Source: Eledone cirrhosa
Taxonomy: Eukaryota
Direction: 5' to 3'
NCBI GenBank assembly: GCA_964016885.1
Contig: OZ024764.1
Span: forward strand, 14,260,001 to 14,324,000
Length of the DNA: 64,000 bases
Shown here: one piece after another, positions 12,945-26,567 of the stretch
Layout of the letters: every line of letters begins with the position of its first letter
Numbering within the stretch: position 1 is the stretch's first letter
Notes under the pieces: generated by a model
What the model saw: the letters and a program-made list of their open reading frames with translations, nothing else
Database searches by the model: none
Told to the model about the DNA's origin: nothing
Made by a program: the position numbers and the translations under genes

Positions 12945-13135
12945 AGTTCGGAATAGCTGTATAACAAAGTGCAGGGCAATAAAGATAGACGGTAGCCACG
13001 GAATAGGCAGACCTAGAAAAACCTGGGACGAGCTGATAAACTCCGACCTCACACACTTACACCTCTCCAAGACAATGTCACTGGACCGAGACCTTTGGCG
13101 GTACTCAGTAACAGAGAAAACCCGCCTTACCTAAA
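12945..13135 (+). mobile_element. RTE LINE C-terminal fragment
   Basis: Translates ...KIDGSHGIGRPRKTWDELINSDL...DRDLWR. Confidence 0.7.
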
Positions 13136-13212
13136 TACATAGTAAAACCTACTACAGCCAGTAGGCATCTCTAACAAAATACCCCCCCCCCCCCCCCCCC
13201 GTCCCACCAACA

Positions 13213-13545
13213 CCACCCCCACCCCATCCACACCACCCCGTTCTATCTAAAGTTATGTTGGTGCCACACCATCCAGGCCGAAACAAATGAGATCGTGTAG
13301 GTGTCACGACAAAAAAACACACAGTCCACGCTGTAATGTGGCCGTGTAGGCAACACGGTAAAAACCTCCCAGTCCCACACTGTAAATGTGGTTGGTGTTA
13401 GGAAGGGCATCCAACTGTAGAAAACCTGCCAGACAGTCCTATGCGAGCAAGACAATCACTCTTGCCTCAAGTGGGACTACCCCCGTCCAAACCCATGCAA
13501 GCGTGGAACACGGACGTTAAACGTTGATGATGATGATGATGATGA
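13213..13545 (+). mobile_element. 5'-truncated SINE with (GAT)n tail
   Basis: Inverted near-identical copy of 3407-3748. Confidence 0.8.
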
Positions 13546-13567
13546 TACACACAGATATGCATATATA

Positions 13568-14400
13568 GTCCAGACAGTAAAGTGGTCATGTAGGTGTCAC
13601 AACAAAAAGTACCCAGTCCAGACTATAAAGTGGTCATGTAGGTGTCACAACAAAAAGTACCCAGTCTACAATGTAAACTGGACAGGTAGGTGTCACAACA
13701 AAAAGTACCCAGTCCACACTGTGAAGTGGTTGTGTAGGTGTCACAACAAAAAGCACCCAGTCCACACTGTAAAGTGGTCATGTAGGTATCACAACAAAAA
13801 GCACCCAGCCCACACTGTAAAGTGGTCATGTAGGTGTCACAACAAAAAGTACCCAGTCTACAATGTAAACTGGACAGGTAGGTGTCACAACAAAAAGTAC
13901 CCAGTCCACACTGTGAAGTGGTTGTGTAGGTGTCACAACAAAAAGCACCCAGTCCACACTGTAAAGTGGTCATGTAGGTATCACAACAAAAAGCACCCAG
14001 CCCACACTGTAAAGTGGTCATGTAGGTGTCACAACAAAAAGCACCCAGCCCACACTGAGAAGTGGTTGTGTAGGTGTCACAACAAAAAGCACCCAGCCCA
14101 CACTGTGAAGTGGTCATGTAGGTGTCACAACAAAAAGCACCCAGCCCACACTGAGAAGTGGTTGTGTAGTTGTCACAACAAAAAGCACCCAACCCACACT
14201 GTAAAGTGGTCATGTAGGTATCACAACAAAAAGCACCCAACCCACACTGTAAAGTGGTCATGTAGGTATCACAACAAAAAGCACCCAATCCACACTGTGA
14301 AGTGGTTATGTAGGTGTCACGATAAAAAAGCACCCAATCCACACTGTAAAGTGGTCAGGTGGGTGCCACGATAAAAGGCACCCAGTACTCACTGTAAATG
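13568..14400 (+). repeat. 48-bp tandem array (about 17 units) derived from a SINE central segment
   Basis: Unit aaaagcacccagtccacactgtaaagtggtcatgtaggtgtcacaaca; runs directly into the SINE 3' part at 14400-14565; 192-bp block duplication (13661/13853). Confidence 0.9.
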
Positions 14401-14565
14401 TGGTTATCGTTAGGAAGGGCAACCAACCAGCTGTAGAAATGAAGTCCAAATCAGTTCTGTATGAGCAAGACATGGTCACCTGACCTGGCATTGCCCACAA
14501 CGGCACAACTCGTCTCACCCATGCTAGCGCGGAAGAATGGACGTAAAACGGTGATGATGATGATG
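14400..14565 (+). mobile_element. SINE 3' end with (GAT)n tail
   Basis: gttaggaagggc...cccatgctagcgcggaagaatggacgtaaaacggtgatgatg. Confidence 0.7.
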
Positions 14566-14911
14566 TACACACACATACACACACGTGTCGGTGTACAAGA
14601 CGACATGACAACAGATAAGACCCATTACCTTACACAGTGTCTCCTCATAACTTTCTCAACAACAGATTATTAAGCAGAGATACATTATCAAAGGCGAACA
14701 ATGTTGTGTTTAAAACGTTTTTTAAAGAAGCAGATTATTATTTCCAACTCACGGAAATTTCCGGAAGTTGTTAGTGATCTTAAGCTAGAAAGAGTACTTT
14801 AAAAGATTACTATATATAGCTCTATCTAAGTTACAGAGCTAAATATTTAATTATATATATATATATATCAATGATATTAATAAATGGAAATTATCTTTAT
14901 AAAACCATATT

Positions 14912-14972
14912 TATTTTATTATATATATTTCAAGGGTACCAAAATTTTAGTACGCCCTCATCAGATAAAATA
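14912..14972 (-). ncRNA. Type I hammerhead ribozyme (family H1) in a Penelope/Naiad 3' terminus
   Basis: TATTTTAT-CTGATGA-GGGCGTACTAAAATTTTGGTACCCTT-GAAA-TATATA-TA-ATAAAATA; 8-bp stem I, hairpin stem II, AUA site. Confidence 0.8.
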
Positions 14973-15117
14973 CAAAAGTTGTTTTATAAATATTGACATA
15001 TCCAAAAAACAAGAACTTATCGTTTTAAGTTCAGTTTGGATAGTTATAAATAAATTTGTTGAATAACCAACAAATTAAATATCTCTTTGCTTATAAATGT
15101 ATGTATGTATGTATGTA

Positions 15118-15148
<31 letters not shown>

Positions 15149-15149
15149 T

Positions 15150-15465
15150 ATCTCTTTCTCTTAATTTCGAGTATATTTTTTTGACCGGCCACCTTCCTGG
15201 TGGCAAGGTTGTAAAAGAAAAGAAATTGTCATCCCTTAAATCGCAAGAATGTTTTGCAAATTTTGAAGGTGCCAGCTATCGCAGCCATTTGTAGACTATG
15301 AATTAGGGAGCTGCGCTTTTTGTCCGCAAATCCAAGTTCAGTCATACTTTGGTCCAAGCGGGTTGGTATATAACCCGTATCTCTAATAATGATGGGTATG
15401 AAGCTAAAGGTGTATCTTGGATACTGGATTTGTAAACTCCTCATCAATGGTAGATGTCCTCCTTC
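15150..15465 (-). mobile_element. R4/Dong-like (restriction-like endonuclease) non-LTR retrotransposon 3' fragment
   Basis: PLMRSLQIQYPRYTFSFIPIII..TGYIP..L...GF...LQ.AAIAGT.KI.KTFL resembles an RLE C-terminus; microsatellite flanks. Confidence 0.6.
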
Positions 15466-15544
15466 TCCTGTATATATATATGTGTGTGTGTGTGTGTGTA
15501 TGTGTGTATGTATGTATGTGTGTATGTGTGTGTGTTTGTCGTCG

Positions 15545-15745
15545 ACTTTCTTCAAATCGGACCGAGGAAACTATGTTTCCATTGGTCTTTCCAATTGCTA
15601 ATACTATCTATCGTCGCAACTCCACGTAGAAGGAACAACGTGAAATAAAGTGTCTTGCTCAAGGACATAACTATCGCACAGTCCGGAATCGAACTCACAA
15701 CTCACGATCGTGAATCCAGTTCTCTAACCAATCAACCACACGCCT
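15545..15745 (-). mobile_element. tRNA/CORE-type SINE (family 2)
   Basis: Minus strand has B-box GAGTTCGATTCC and CORE-like CCTTGAGCAAGACACTTTATTTCACGTTG. Confidence 0.8.
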
Positions 15746-15751
15746 TATATA

Positions 15752-15822
15752 CAGAGTGTCCTAAATGTATACACACTCCAACAGCATTCTAATAAGTGTA
15801 TACAGTTTTGAGGGACACACTG
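15752..15822. mobile_element. Tiny Tc1/mariner-type MITE
   Basis: TA|CAGAGTGTCC..TGTATACAC and GTGTATACA..GGACACACTG form terminal inverted repeats. Confidence 0.55.
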
Positions 15823-15916
15823 TGTATATAAGTGATAAAGCAGTGACTTCGAAGAATATATATATATATATATACAATATTAAATAAATGGAAAACTATA
15901 TTTATAAAACCATATT

Positions 15917-15982
15917 TATTTCATTATATATATTTCGGGGATATCATATTAACAATATGCTATGCCTTCATCAGACAAAATA
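15917..15982 (-). ncRNA. Type I hammerhead ribozyme (family H1)
   Basis: TATTTTGT-CTGATGA-AGGCATAGCATATTGTTAATATGATATCCCC-GAAA-TATATA-TA-ATGAAATA. Confidence 0.75.
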
Positions 15983-16091
15983 CAATATAAACAGTTTTAT
16001 AGATAAATATATTCGACATACCGTAATAAACATCAACTTCATTTGAAGAGGTTTACGCTAGCATATATATATATGTCTGTATGTATGTATA

Positions 16092-16186
<95 letters not shown>

Positions 16187-16195
16187 CTGTATGTA

Positions 16196-16244
<49 letters not shown>

Positions 16245-16537
16245 GCGATCGGAGTTTTCCTTTACGTTTTCTACGGAAATACATAACACACACACATATA
16301 CACACACACACATATATATATATGTGGTGTATATGTGTGTACATACATATTTACATTATAAATGTGTGTGTGAATATCTTGCGGAATTAGCTGTCGAAAA
16401 GGAAAGAGCTCAGCCGTCGGGCTGCGACCGTTTGTAATAGAATCACAAAGTATGGAGTACTCTGTAGAATAATGGTCAGACTAGTTAAATACTGGTTAAA
16501 TCTTGGTAAATATATATATATGACCCTTCTAAATATA

Positions 16538-16925
<388 letters not shown>

Positions 16926-17391
16926 TAAAATAACAGATTAAAGTTTAAGCAAATAATCGCTGCTTTCACCCTTAACGGGATCTTCTGAGACTATATATAA
17001 ATAAATAAATAAAGCAATGCAAATATCGGATAAGTAGCACTCAACAGTTTATAGGACTGGAGTATAAATAATATAAAATCAAAAGATGGTTAAAAATGGT
17101 TAAAATCAAAAGATGGAACTCTTTTAACCATTTTTTGATTTTATATATATATATTATATATATATATAAATACACACACACACACGATATTCTTGATGAT
17201 TTCTTACAAATGAAACAGTTCTAGACCTGTAAAAGCCAATTCTACACTAAAATGGATATAGCTATACTCTTCTAACGTATTGAGTACTTTTTTTTTTACA
17301 GTGGTCTCCTCACGATTTACATAGGGATTCTACACATAGATCTGTGCGTGTGTGTACATATGTATGTGAAAGTATATATATGAGTGTATAA

Positions 17392-17422
<31 letters not shown>

Positions 17423-17472
17423 TGTGTGTGTATCTGTAAGTATATATATACGTAATGTGTGTGTGTCTGTAA

Positions 17473-17518
<46 letters not shown>

Positions 17519-17555
17519 ATGTATATATAAGTGCGTCTGTAAGCATATATATATG

Positions 17556-17612
<57 letters not shown>

Positions 17613-17649
17613 ATGTATATATAAGTGCGTCTGTAAGCATATATATATG

Positions 17650-17690
<41 letters not shown>

Positions 17691-18096
17691 ATGTATATAT
17701 AAGTGCGTCTGTAAGCATATATATATGTATATATATATTTATTTATATGTGTGTGTGTGTGTGTATATATAAATATATACACATCAGTTACTTTGAGCGT
17801 AGTTTTAACAAGATGATTTTGTACTCAATACATATAGCGGTGTGTAGATTATAAATTTTGGAAGAAATAAGTGATAAAGCAGTGACTTCGAAGTACATAT
17901 ATATATATATATATATATATGCGATCGGGATTTTACATATCTATATATGTGTGCACATACATGTATATATATACACAAGCTATCGCGCGTTATATATATA
18001 CGAGCATGATTCAAATGAAGTACCTTGCAAAACAAAAACGAAGCATATATGTGCGTGCGTATGTATATCTGTGTGTGTGTGTATATATATAAATAT

Positions 18097-18191
<95 letters not shown>

Positions 18192-18529
18192 AACTGGACA
18201 CCATATATACACGTACATCTTATGGATTGTATTAATATATAATTATACATACGTACACATGATTTGCTCATACATATAGCTATATATGCATATTTATAAA
18301 AACAAGATCGCATATAATACATATATATATATGTATATATATCGTATATATATATCGTATATATATATATATGTATATAGATCGTATGTATATATATGTA
18401 TATATATACATACGTATATGTTTATATATATATATAGATCGTACGTTATATATATACATCTAGCTATATAAATATATATATATATATACACATGCATAAA
18501 CACTAGATCGTACATTATATATATATATG

Positions 18530-18679
18530 TGTGTGTGTGTAGATACATATATATATATATAACGTACGATCTAGTGTTTATAAATGTGTGTATATATATA
18601 TAAATATATATATATACACACATTTATAAACACTAGATCGTACGTTATATATATATATATATGTATCTACACACACACA
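18530..18679. repeat. About 150-bp palindrome centred on (TA)n
   Basis: gtagatac..aacgtacgatctagtgtttataaatgtgtg mirrored by cacacatttataaacactagatcgtacgtt..gtatctac. Confidence 0.8.
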
Positions 18680-19068
18680 GAGAGAGAGAGAGAGAGAGCT
18701 ATATATATATACACATGTTCATAAACACTAGATCGTATGTAGTATATATATATTATATACATCTCTCTCTCTCTTATATATATATATATATATATGCATG
18801 TATACACATATACACAGATAAATAGATAGATAGATAGATAGATAAATGTACTTACCCTTAAAGATACATTTTTGGGGGGAACCTCGTAATTAAAACCCCA
18901 ATTAACACCTTAAACAAAAGGTGAGACGAACAGGTACACTAAACAAAAGACCTTATGAGTGGAAAGTCGTGTGTAAGAGTTTTACCTGTGATAGCAAAAA
19001 TGACGGATGTTGAAATGTACAGAGTATGAAAGACCGCAGGGGTCAGAATCAGTGGTTGAGGAAACACT

Positions 19069-19298
19069 GAGAGAGCGAGCGAGAGAGAGAGAGAGAGAGA
19101 GAGAGAAAAGATATGGTACAAAGGGGAAGGGGGGAGATATAGTACAGAGAGAGAGAGAAGATATGGTACAGAGAGAGAGGGAGAGAGAAGATATGGTACA
19201 GAGGGGGAGAGAGAGAGAGAGGAGATATGGTACAGAGAGAGAGAAGATATGGTACAGGGAGAGAGAAGATATGGTAGAGGGAGAGAGAAGATATGGTA

Positions 19299-19333
<35 letters not shown>

Positions 19334-19600
19334 TATGGTATAAAGAGAGTGAGAGAGGGGAGATATGGTACAAAGAGGGAGAGAGAGGAGATATGGTACA
19401 AAGAGGGAGAGAGGGAGCGAGAGGAGATATGGTACAGAGAGAGAGAGAAAGGGGAGATATGATACAAAGAGAGAGAACGCTAGAGCGAGAGAAGAGATAT
19501 GGTATAAAAAGAGACAGAGAGGGAGATGAGATACAAAGAGAGAGAAAGAGGGAGATATGATACAAAGAGAGAAAGAAAGAGAGGAGTGATACAAAAGAGT
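19069..19600. repeat. (GA)n-spaced minisatellite with fixed GATATGGTACA motif (about 16 copies)
   Basis: gatatggtaca recurs every about 25-45 bp, separated by GA-rich tracts. Confidence 0.85.
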
Positions 19601-19884
19601 GAGAGCAGAAAAGCCATAATTAATAGAGAGAAGGGGGGGAGAGGGCAAATGAAATATAAAGAGAGGGAAAAAGAGACAGAGAGAGAGGGGAGAAAGAGAA
19701 AGAGAGGAGAAATGACACTAACACAGAGAGAGAAAATAACATAGAAAGAAAGAGACGGAGTGAGTAAAAGTGGCGGAAAGAGGTAGGAAGACATGTTAAG
19801 GGGAGGAGAAAAAAGTAGAGGAGTGAGGGGATGAAAAAATTATGGAAGCCAGTTAGGACAAGTAATTATGTATTGTATACAAAT

Positions 19885-20285
19885 CTGGGTTGACAAGTTC
19901 TTTGGCTGACTATGAAGGAGTGATGCTAGAGCTGCGAAATCTTGCATATATTAATTCCAACTCTTGTGAAATCTTGAATGTTTTAACTTCAACACTTCTA
20001 CTTATTTATTTATTTATTTATAAATAAATTTAAACGTCCGTATAGAGCTAGTAAGCCACGGCACACAATGGGAAGCATCTAGTTGCTTCGTTGCAAAATA
20101 AACCTCCATTTGGTCATTCCATGAGAGTATCTTGGTCAGCTTGTGAAGGAGTGATGCTAGAGCTGTGAAATCTTGCAAGCATTAATTTCAACTCTTTTTA
20201 TTAATCACTACATGGTGTTACTTTCCAAGGACTATGTTGAAACATAAACCACATTTGGTCATTCCATGAGAGTATCTTAGTCAGT
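19885..20285. mobile_element. Rearranged repeat, probably mariner-derived, with internal duplications
   Basis: gaaggagtgatgctagagctg occurs twice and catttggtcattccatgagagtatctt occurs twice; family assignment is from recall. Confidence 0.4.
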
Positions 20286-20489
20286 GTGTATCTCGGATGT
20301 GTGTGTGTATGTGTATGTGTGTGTGCGTGTGTGTGCGTGTGCTTATGTGTTTGTGCGTGTGTGTATGTGTATGTGTGTGAGTATGTATGTGTGTGTGTGT
20401 TTGCTTTAATTTTGTTGTTGTTGCTGTTGTTGTTGCTTTGTTTTGCAGCTGTTGTTGTTTGTATTGGGTATTTAAAGACAGACAAATTT

Positions 20490-22945
20490 CTGTTTATTTG
20501 CCACGAGGGCACAAAAGAAAGGGACATGTACATGGGGGGGGGGGGGGGCGGTTACATATAAATCGAGTAAGAAAAATGTAATAAATAAAATTGTAACAAG
20601 AAGGTCCTCAATAGGGAGGGAACGTTTTGGGGTCACACACAACCCCGAAAAAAAAATGTGCGACCCTTCTCCACGGGAGCACAAAGAGAGGGTGCTCCCT
20701 TCTTCCTTCATCCTTTTCCACCTACAGGCTGAGGTAGAGAGAAGGCCCATTCACACGGGCCATTCTCGCAACTTTCACCCACCTTTCATAAAACTGGCTG
20801 GGGTGGGGCACCTCTCTTTATCCTGATCCTTCTTCCGAAATGGTATCGAAAGAAAAGGACCAGTTGTTGACCGGAAAGAAAGGTGTCCGACCTTAGCCCT
20901 TTTAGACGCGTCCACCATACAACCTCTTTTACCATGGCTATTACACAGAGGAAGACCGCCTCTCCTTCATTTTTGAAGTGGGGAGGCGGCTTGATCGTTA
21001 CAATGGACTCGGTGGTCAACCTAATTGGTCCCACCCGTGACAGCAGTTGTTCGACATAGCCCCACAGATCGGTAATGCCCGGGCAGTGCACCAATGCGTG
21101 CGCGACGGTTTCCTCGTCGCGCACGCATCTGGGACAGATCTTTTTCGAGGGGTCCCTACCCGGGTGCCCGTGTCTGTAGAGCTTATCCCGAACGGGCAGA
21201 ACCCCTCGGTAGCACTGCCAGGCCAAGGACTTCTGGAAGTTGTCCATGGGTCCCGGGCCGAAAGTCCTACCGAATAGGCTGGCTAGTTCGTCCTCCTCCA
21301 TGCCTAGGGTTTCTCCGAGGGCGTCGTCGCACCTGCTAACCACCAGCCCTCTATAGAATGACGAGGTGGAGTCTCCACCGATAGCCGGGTCCGCCTGCCA
21401 GAGAGCCGTGAGCGCCTGGGCACACTCGGTGTGCCAGTCGTCCAGTTTTCTCGGTCTTTGCTTCACCCAGGACTGCAGCTCGGTGAGCGAGACGAGCCTC
21501 GGGAAGGCTCGCCTCACAAACGGGGCCCACACCGGTTGACCGGTGAGGAATACCTGGAGGTGCCGTAGCCTCACTGCGTGTTTACGCATTTTTAGCCAGG
21601 GCATCCCCAGCCCTCCATGATCGCATGAGGTGGAGGTTGTCGTGGATGGACCTGGACGGGATAGCGCATGTCTGCGCATCTCCCCCCCCCCCCCCCCCCC
21701 CACGACAAGCACCAACCTCTTCGCTAACACCTTGGCTAAAATCTTTAACTCTGCATTTAGCAGAGTTATGGGCCTAAAATTACTAATGTCATCCCCCTTG
21801 TTCTCGTCCTTCCTCACGAACGAGACTACGCCCTTGGTCACAGAACAGGGAATTCTCCCGTTCTGTTGCCAGTTGCAGTAGACCGCCTCGAGGAGATCGG
21901 GGAACAAGTCCGGCATATTAATATATAGTTTGTAGGGCAGACCATCGAGCCCTGGAGATCTGCGTTTGCCGCATAGGCTCAGCACGTCCCCTATTTCAGC
22001 AGCTGAGATCGGCCAGTCGCAGGACCTCGCCTCCTTGTCTGAAAGACGCGGCAGGCCGTCGAGGTATGGACTGAAATCCACATCTCCAACCGGCCCCCTG
22101 CCCCTCCCGAACAATCGCGCAAAGTGCCTTTGAAAGACCTCGTACATTTGCATAGGTTCAAGGATCACCCGTCCATCTTGGTCTCGCAAAGACCGGATAG
22201 TGGATCTAATCCCACTTTTGGCTTCTGTCACGCGGGCCCAGCTAACAGCTTTGGTCCCCTCGTTTCCCAGAGCACGTATTTTGCTTCGGACAACGCAGCC
22301 TTCGTGTTTCGCGTCGAAGAACTGGCTCAAGGCCGTTCTCGACGCTTGCACTCTGGCCACGTTGCCGCTTCTCATTGCCTCTTCAACATTAACTACCAAC
22401 TCCCTTTCCTTCCTATTTCTATCTGAGGCTAACTCCTTACTAACTCCTATTGAAACTACTCTAATCTCTCTTTTTAGAGAGCCCCACCACCTGTTGTTGA
22501 CGATGGCGCCCGTCAACCGCCCCTTAACTAAGGTTCTAATCCGGTCCCTGTAAGCTCTACTTGCCGGTAAGGACAAGTTGAGCTTCCAGTAACCGGGCCC
22601 CTGCCTATGCGTTCTATCAAGGTGGACTACGCAGGTCACTAACTTGTGGTCTGAATAGAATAGCCAACCATGAGCATTTCTGGACAACTTAAAAAGTCCT
22701 TATCCTTAATTCTAACTAAGAACCTATCTAGGTACGATCTAGATTGACCGCTATGATTTGTCCAAGTCCAGGTTGGCACAGTCGGAAAATCTAGTCGATA
22801 TCTATTGGCCAGGTCAAATCGGCCGATTAACCCCTTGAAGTTGTTACATCCCCCTCTATTGGGACATGCCCCTACATAGTCCCAACGTGCATCTAGGATA
22901 CCATTCCAGTCCCCCACTAAAAGCAAGGAGTGGGACGTCCCTAGA
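20490..22945 (-). mobile_element. Tx1/L1-clade LINE ORF2 remnant: APE endonuclease C-half, RT N-part and zf-RVT C-terminus, with RT core deleted
   Basis: VGDWNGILD, WTW, SYLDRFLV, YSDHKLV, GPGYWKLN, SPGLDGLP, NFRPITLLN, GGLGMP and CPRC...HALVHC present; KAFD/QG/YADD absent. Confidence 0.9.
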
Positions 22946-23185
22946 AAACAAAGAGAGAGACAGAGAGACAGAGAGACAGACATACAGAAAGACAGAGAGA
23001 GAGGGAGACAGACAGACAGACAGACAGAGAGAGACAGACAGACAGACAGACTGACAGACAGAGTCAGCTGCACAGATGTTCCTACTCACAACATCTGGTA
23101 CATGTTTGTATGTGTGTGTGTGTGTGTGTATACTTGCCTGTGTGTATGTGTATTTATGTATGTGTGTATGTTTGCGTGTGTGTGT

Positions 23186-23186
<1 letters not shown>

Positions 23187-23216
<30 letters not shown>

Positions 23217-23224
23217 TGGTAGTG

Positions 23225-23276
<52 letters not shown>

Positions 23277-23322
23277 TAGTAGTAGTAGTAGTAGTAGTAA
23301 TATTAGTAGTGGTGGTGGTGGC

Positions 23323-23388
<66 letters not shown>

Positions 23389-23394
23389 GGTGGC

Positions 23395-23482
<88 letters not shown>
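23187..23482. repeat. (AGT)n/(GGT)n microsatellite
   Basis: Read directly. Confidence 0.95.
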
Positions 23483-23483
<1 letters not shown>

Positions 23484-23689
23484 ATAGAGTGTGGAGTCTG
23501 GAGTGAAGGTTTTCTAAGGGCCGTGGGTGAGTAGGGTCTTAAGAGGTGGGGTGGAATGGAGTGTTAGACTCCCACTCACACTCGAACATACCAACACTCA
23601 CTCATCTGACATTTGTGTCACCTCAATATATCTGATCAATAAATCAATATATATACACACATATATATATATATATGATGTTTATATAT

Positions 23690-23787
<98 letters not shown>

Positions 23788-23872
23788 GAAAATATATAAT
23801 ACTTATATATTATATATATACATTATATATATATATATATATATATATACATTATATATATATATAATGTAT

Positions 23873-24070
23873 ATATAGATGAGATTCTACAGGACTAGAA
23901 CTGTTTCATTCTTTAGAAATCATCAGGAATCAGGAGATTCCTGATGATTTCTAAAGAATGAAACAGTTCTAGTCCTGTAGAATCTCATCTATATTAAAAC
24001 TTTTATACTCTGCAATGTATTGAGTACCTTACTTACTGTGGTTACCTCCGATTCAACCCGGAATAACGTA
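23873..24070 (+). mobile_element. Family-B element with fold-back palindrome (23873-23994)
   Basis: About 58-bp inverted arms around a short spacer, followed by the common tail; (TA)n flanks. Confidence 0.8.
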
Positions 24071-24213
24071 TAATGTATATATATATATATATATAATGTA
24101 TATATATATATAATATATAATGTATATATATATATAATATATAAGTATTATATATTTTATATATATATATAATGATATTAAATAAATGGAAACTATATTT
24201 ATAAAACCATATT

Positions 24214-24458
24214 TATTCTATTATATATATGGCAGTGTCGGTAGAGGGTCGGACGCCATGCTTTCCAGCATAGTTACGTCCCTTTACGATCTGAGTTCAA
24301 ATCCCGCCGAGGTTAACTTTGCCTTTCATCCTTACGGGGTCGATAAAATAAAGTACCAGTAATGTACTGGGTAATTGCTGGCCTTGTGCCTAAAGTAGAA
24401 ACAATTAGATATATTTCAAGGGTACCAAAACTTTGGTACGCTTTCATCAGATAAAATA
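24214..24458 (-). ncRNA. Family H1 hammerhead interrupted in stem III by a SINE
   Basis: TATTTTAT-CTGATGA-AAGCGTACCAAAGTTTTGGTACCCTT-GAAA-TATAT[SINE]ATATATA-ATAGAATA. Confidence 0.75.
24231..24408 (+). mobile_element. tRNA-derived SINE
   Basis: A-box-like TGGCAGTGTCGGTAG and B-box GAGTTCAAATCC; homologous to 4525-4712. Confidence 0.8.
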
Positions 24459-25696
24459 CAAAGTTTGTTTTATAAATTTTGACATAACCAAGAAAAGATA
24501 CCTTAACGGTTCAAGTTTTCCTTGGATAGTGAAGGGAAAAGAGAAGATAAGTCAGATATTTCAAATTATTAAGATGAGTATGGAAATGAGGTTGAGGTAT
24601 AGGGCTGAAAAAAAGTTATTTTAGACGCTATGCAGAATTTAAATAATGTACGAAGAAGAAAAAGGGAAGAAGAGCTTGTATTTACGATAATTTAAAAGGG
24701 AATAACAATTTGGGGGAATGGTGGAATATGATTCCAGAATGTAAATTTATTTAGCTATATTATGAGTTATAATATTGTATATATAATCAATTAGATCATA
24801 TGAAGAATTATGGTTGTAAGTATATTTTATCTTATTACATTACAATAGGTTATAAGTATATAAATATCTATATAGATTAATAATTGTGCATGTATAAGTA
24901 TTATAGAAATAATTTACAATTATTAGTTGTTTACATTTCTAATATGAGTTACGAAGGATGTTGGTTTTGCATTTTACATAAAAAAAACAGGTGGTTGAAG
25001 TTGTAAGAGGAGAACAAAAGGTAAAAATAGTAGAAATATTAAAAAATTAAGAAGGAAGATCATTTAAAAGAATTTACATTTAAATTTTTAAAGAAAATAG
25101 GATCATTTTGAAGGTGTATAAGATATAGTCAAGTGTAATGAATATCATAAATTAAAAATACTTCTGAAAGTGGAATTTTGGCGATGTTTGCAAGAAGAAA
25201 ATAATTTTGTTTTAAGATTAATAAAGTTTTGACAGTTAATTATATAAACAATTTCCTCGATACACAAGTTACAGAATCTTGAGAAAGCCATATTTCGGTA
25301 TGCAGGTGCTTTCGAAATCGTTCCCCAAGATATTGAATAGTCTATATTGTTGTCATTTAAGTTCCAAATTAAATGTGAAAGTGAAGTGGAAGATTTTTTA
25401 TCGGATCTCTTAAATGTGTGTTTATGGTTATACCAGCGTTCTTTGAATTTTGTAGAAGTGGCAATTTTGACAATTTTGTGCAAAAACGGGGTGTTGCGTC
25501 CAGGATTCACAACGGCTAGAAATGACACTCGCTGGAAAGACAGGTGTTGCGCAATATAACACCATAGAAAAAAAAGAATAGAATGAAATCAAAACGGAGT
25601 ATCTACGGAATAGGAGGGAAGCAACGCATGCGCAATGGAATTGCAGCTGAATATATGTAAAGAAATAAATAGATAAATATATACGTATATATCTAA

Positions 25697-25746
<50 letters not shown>

Positions 25747-25748
<2 letters not shown>

Positions 25749-25952
25749 CGAAGGTAATGTGGTAAGGAACCAGATGGACCATAACGCACCAAAGTACTCA
25801 ATACTTAGGGTAGTAGAGTGGGTAATAGGAACAGGTATGACCCCGACGGCAGAGCTCAAGCCGTTTCGACGGCTAATTCTGGACCAAAATTAGTCCAGAA
25901 TTAGCCGTCGAAACGGGTTGAGCTCTGCCGTCGGGGTCATACCTGTTCCTAT
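25747..25952 (+). mobile_element. Family-A (TA)n-embedded element with fold-back palindrome (25825-25952)
   Basis: ataggaacaggtatgaccccgacgg...ttctggac followed by gtccagaa...ccgtcggggtcatacctgttcctat. Confidence 0.8.
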
Positions 25953-26024
25953 ATATATATATATATACTTAAATTTATTTGCACATGGATATATTTACAC
26001 ATATTTATATATACATATACATAC

Positions 26025-26097
<73 letters not shown>

Positions 26098-26405
26098 TAT
26101 ATATATATATATACATACACACATGTATATACGTGTGTGTGTAGCTATGTGTCTCGAATAACGACTGGGAAAGCAGTTCATCTATAAATATATACATATA
26201 TACATATATACATAAATCTACACATATCAACGTAATTACATACATACGCATGCATATATACATACATAAATATATATTTGTAATTATGTGTATATAAATA
26301 TTTATGTGTATATAAATATATACACATAATGAAGCCAGATTAAATAGAACGAAATCAGAGGCAGGTGTATTTTATAATTTACTTACTATATATATATATA
26401 CACAT

Positions 26406-26567
<162 letters not shown>

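Larger units (their letters stand above)
24171..25480 (-). mobile_element. Penelope-like element (Naiad-type) 3' portion: GIY-YIG endonuclease C-terminus, 3' UTR and hammerhead-bearing terminus
   Basis: FKERWYNHKHTF...TSLSHLIWNL.DNNIDYSISW...CNLCIEE...SCKHR in ORF 25145-25528; H1 hammerhead about 700 bp downstream on the same strand; ends in (TA)n. Confidence 0.85.

Noticed and set aside
13623-14342. Cys-rich repeat protein (QCGLGAFCCDTY), metallothionein- or keratin-like
   Set aside because: It is a by-product of a 48-bp SINE-derived tandem array
16921-16990. Hammerhead in the repeat shared with about 53265-53332
   Set aside because: The core reads CAGAAGA/CCGAAGA, with no stem I pairing or NUH site
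19069-19600. CRISPR-like repeat/spacer pattern
   Set aside because: The spacers are just (GA)n variants, the repeat is only 11 bp, there are no cas genes and the context is eukaryotic
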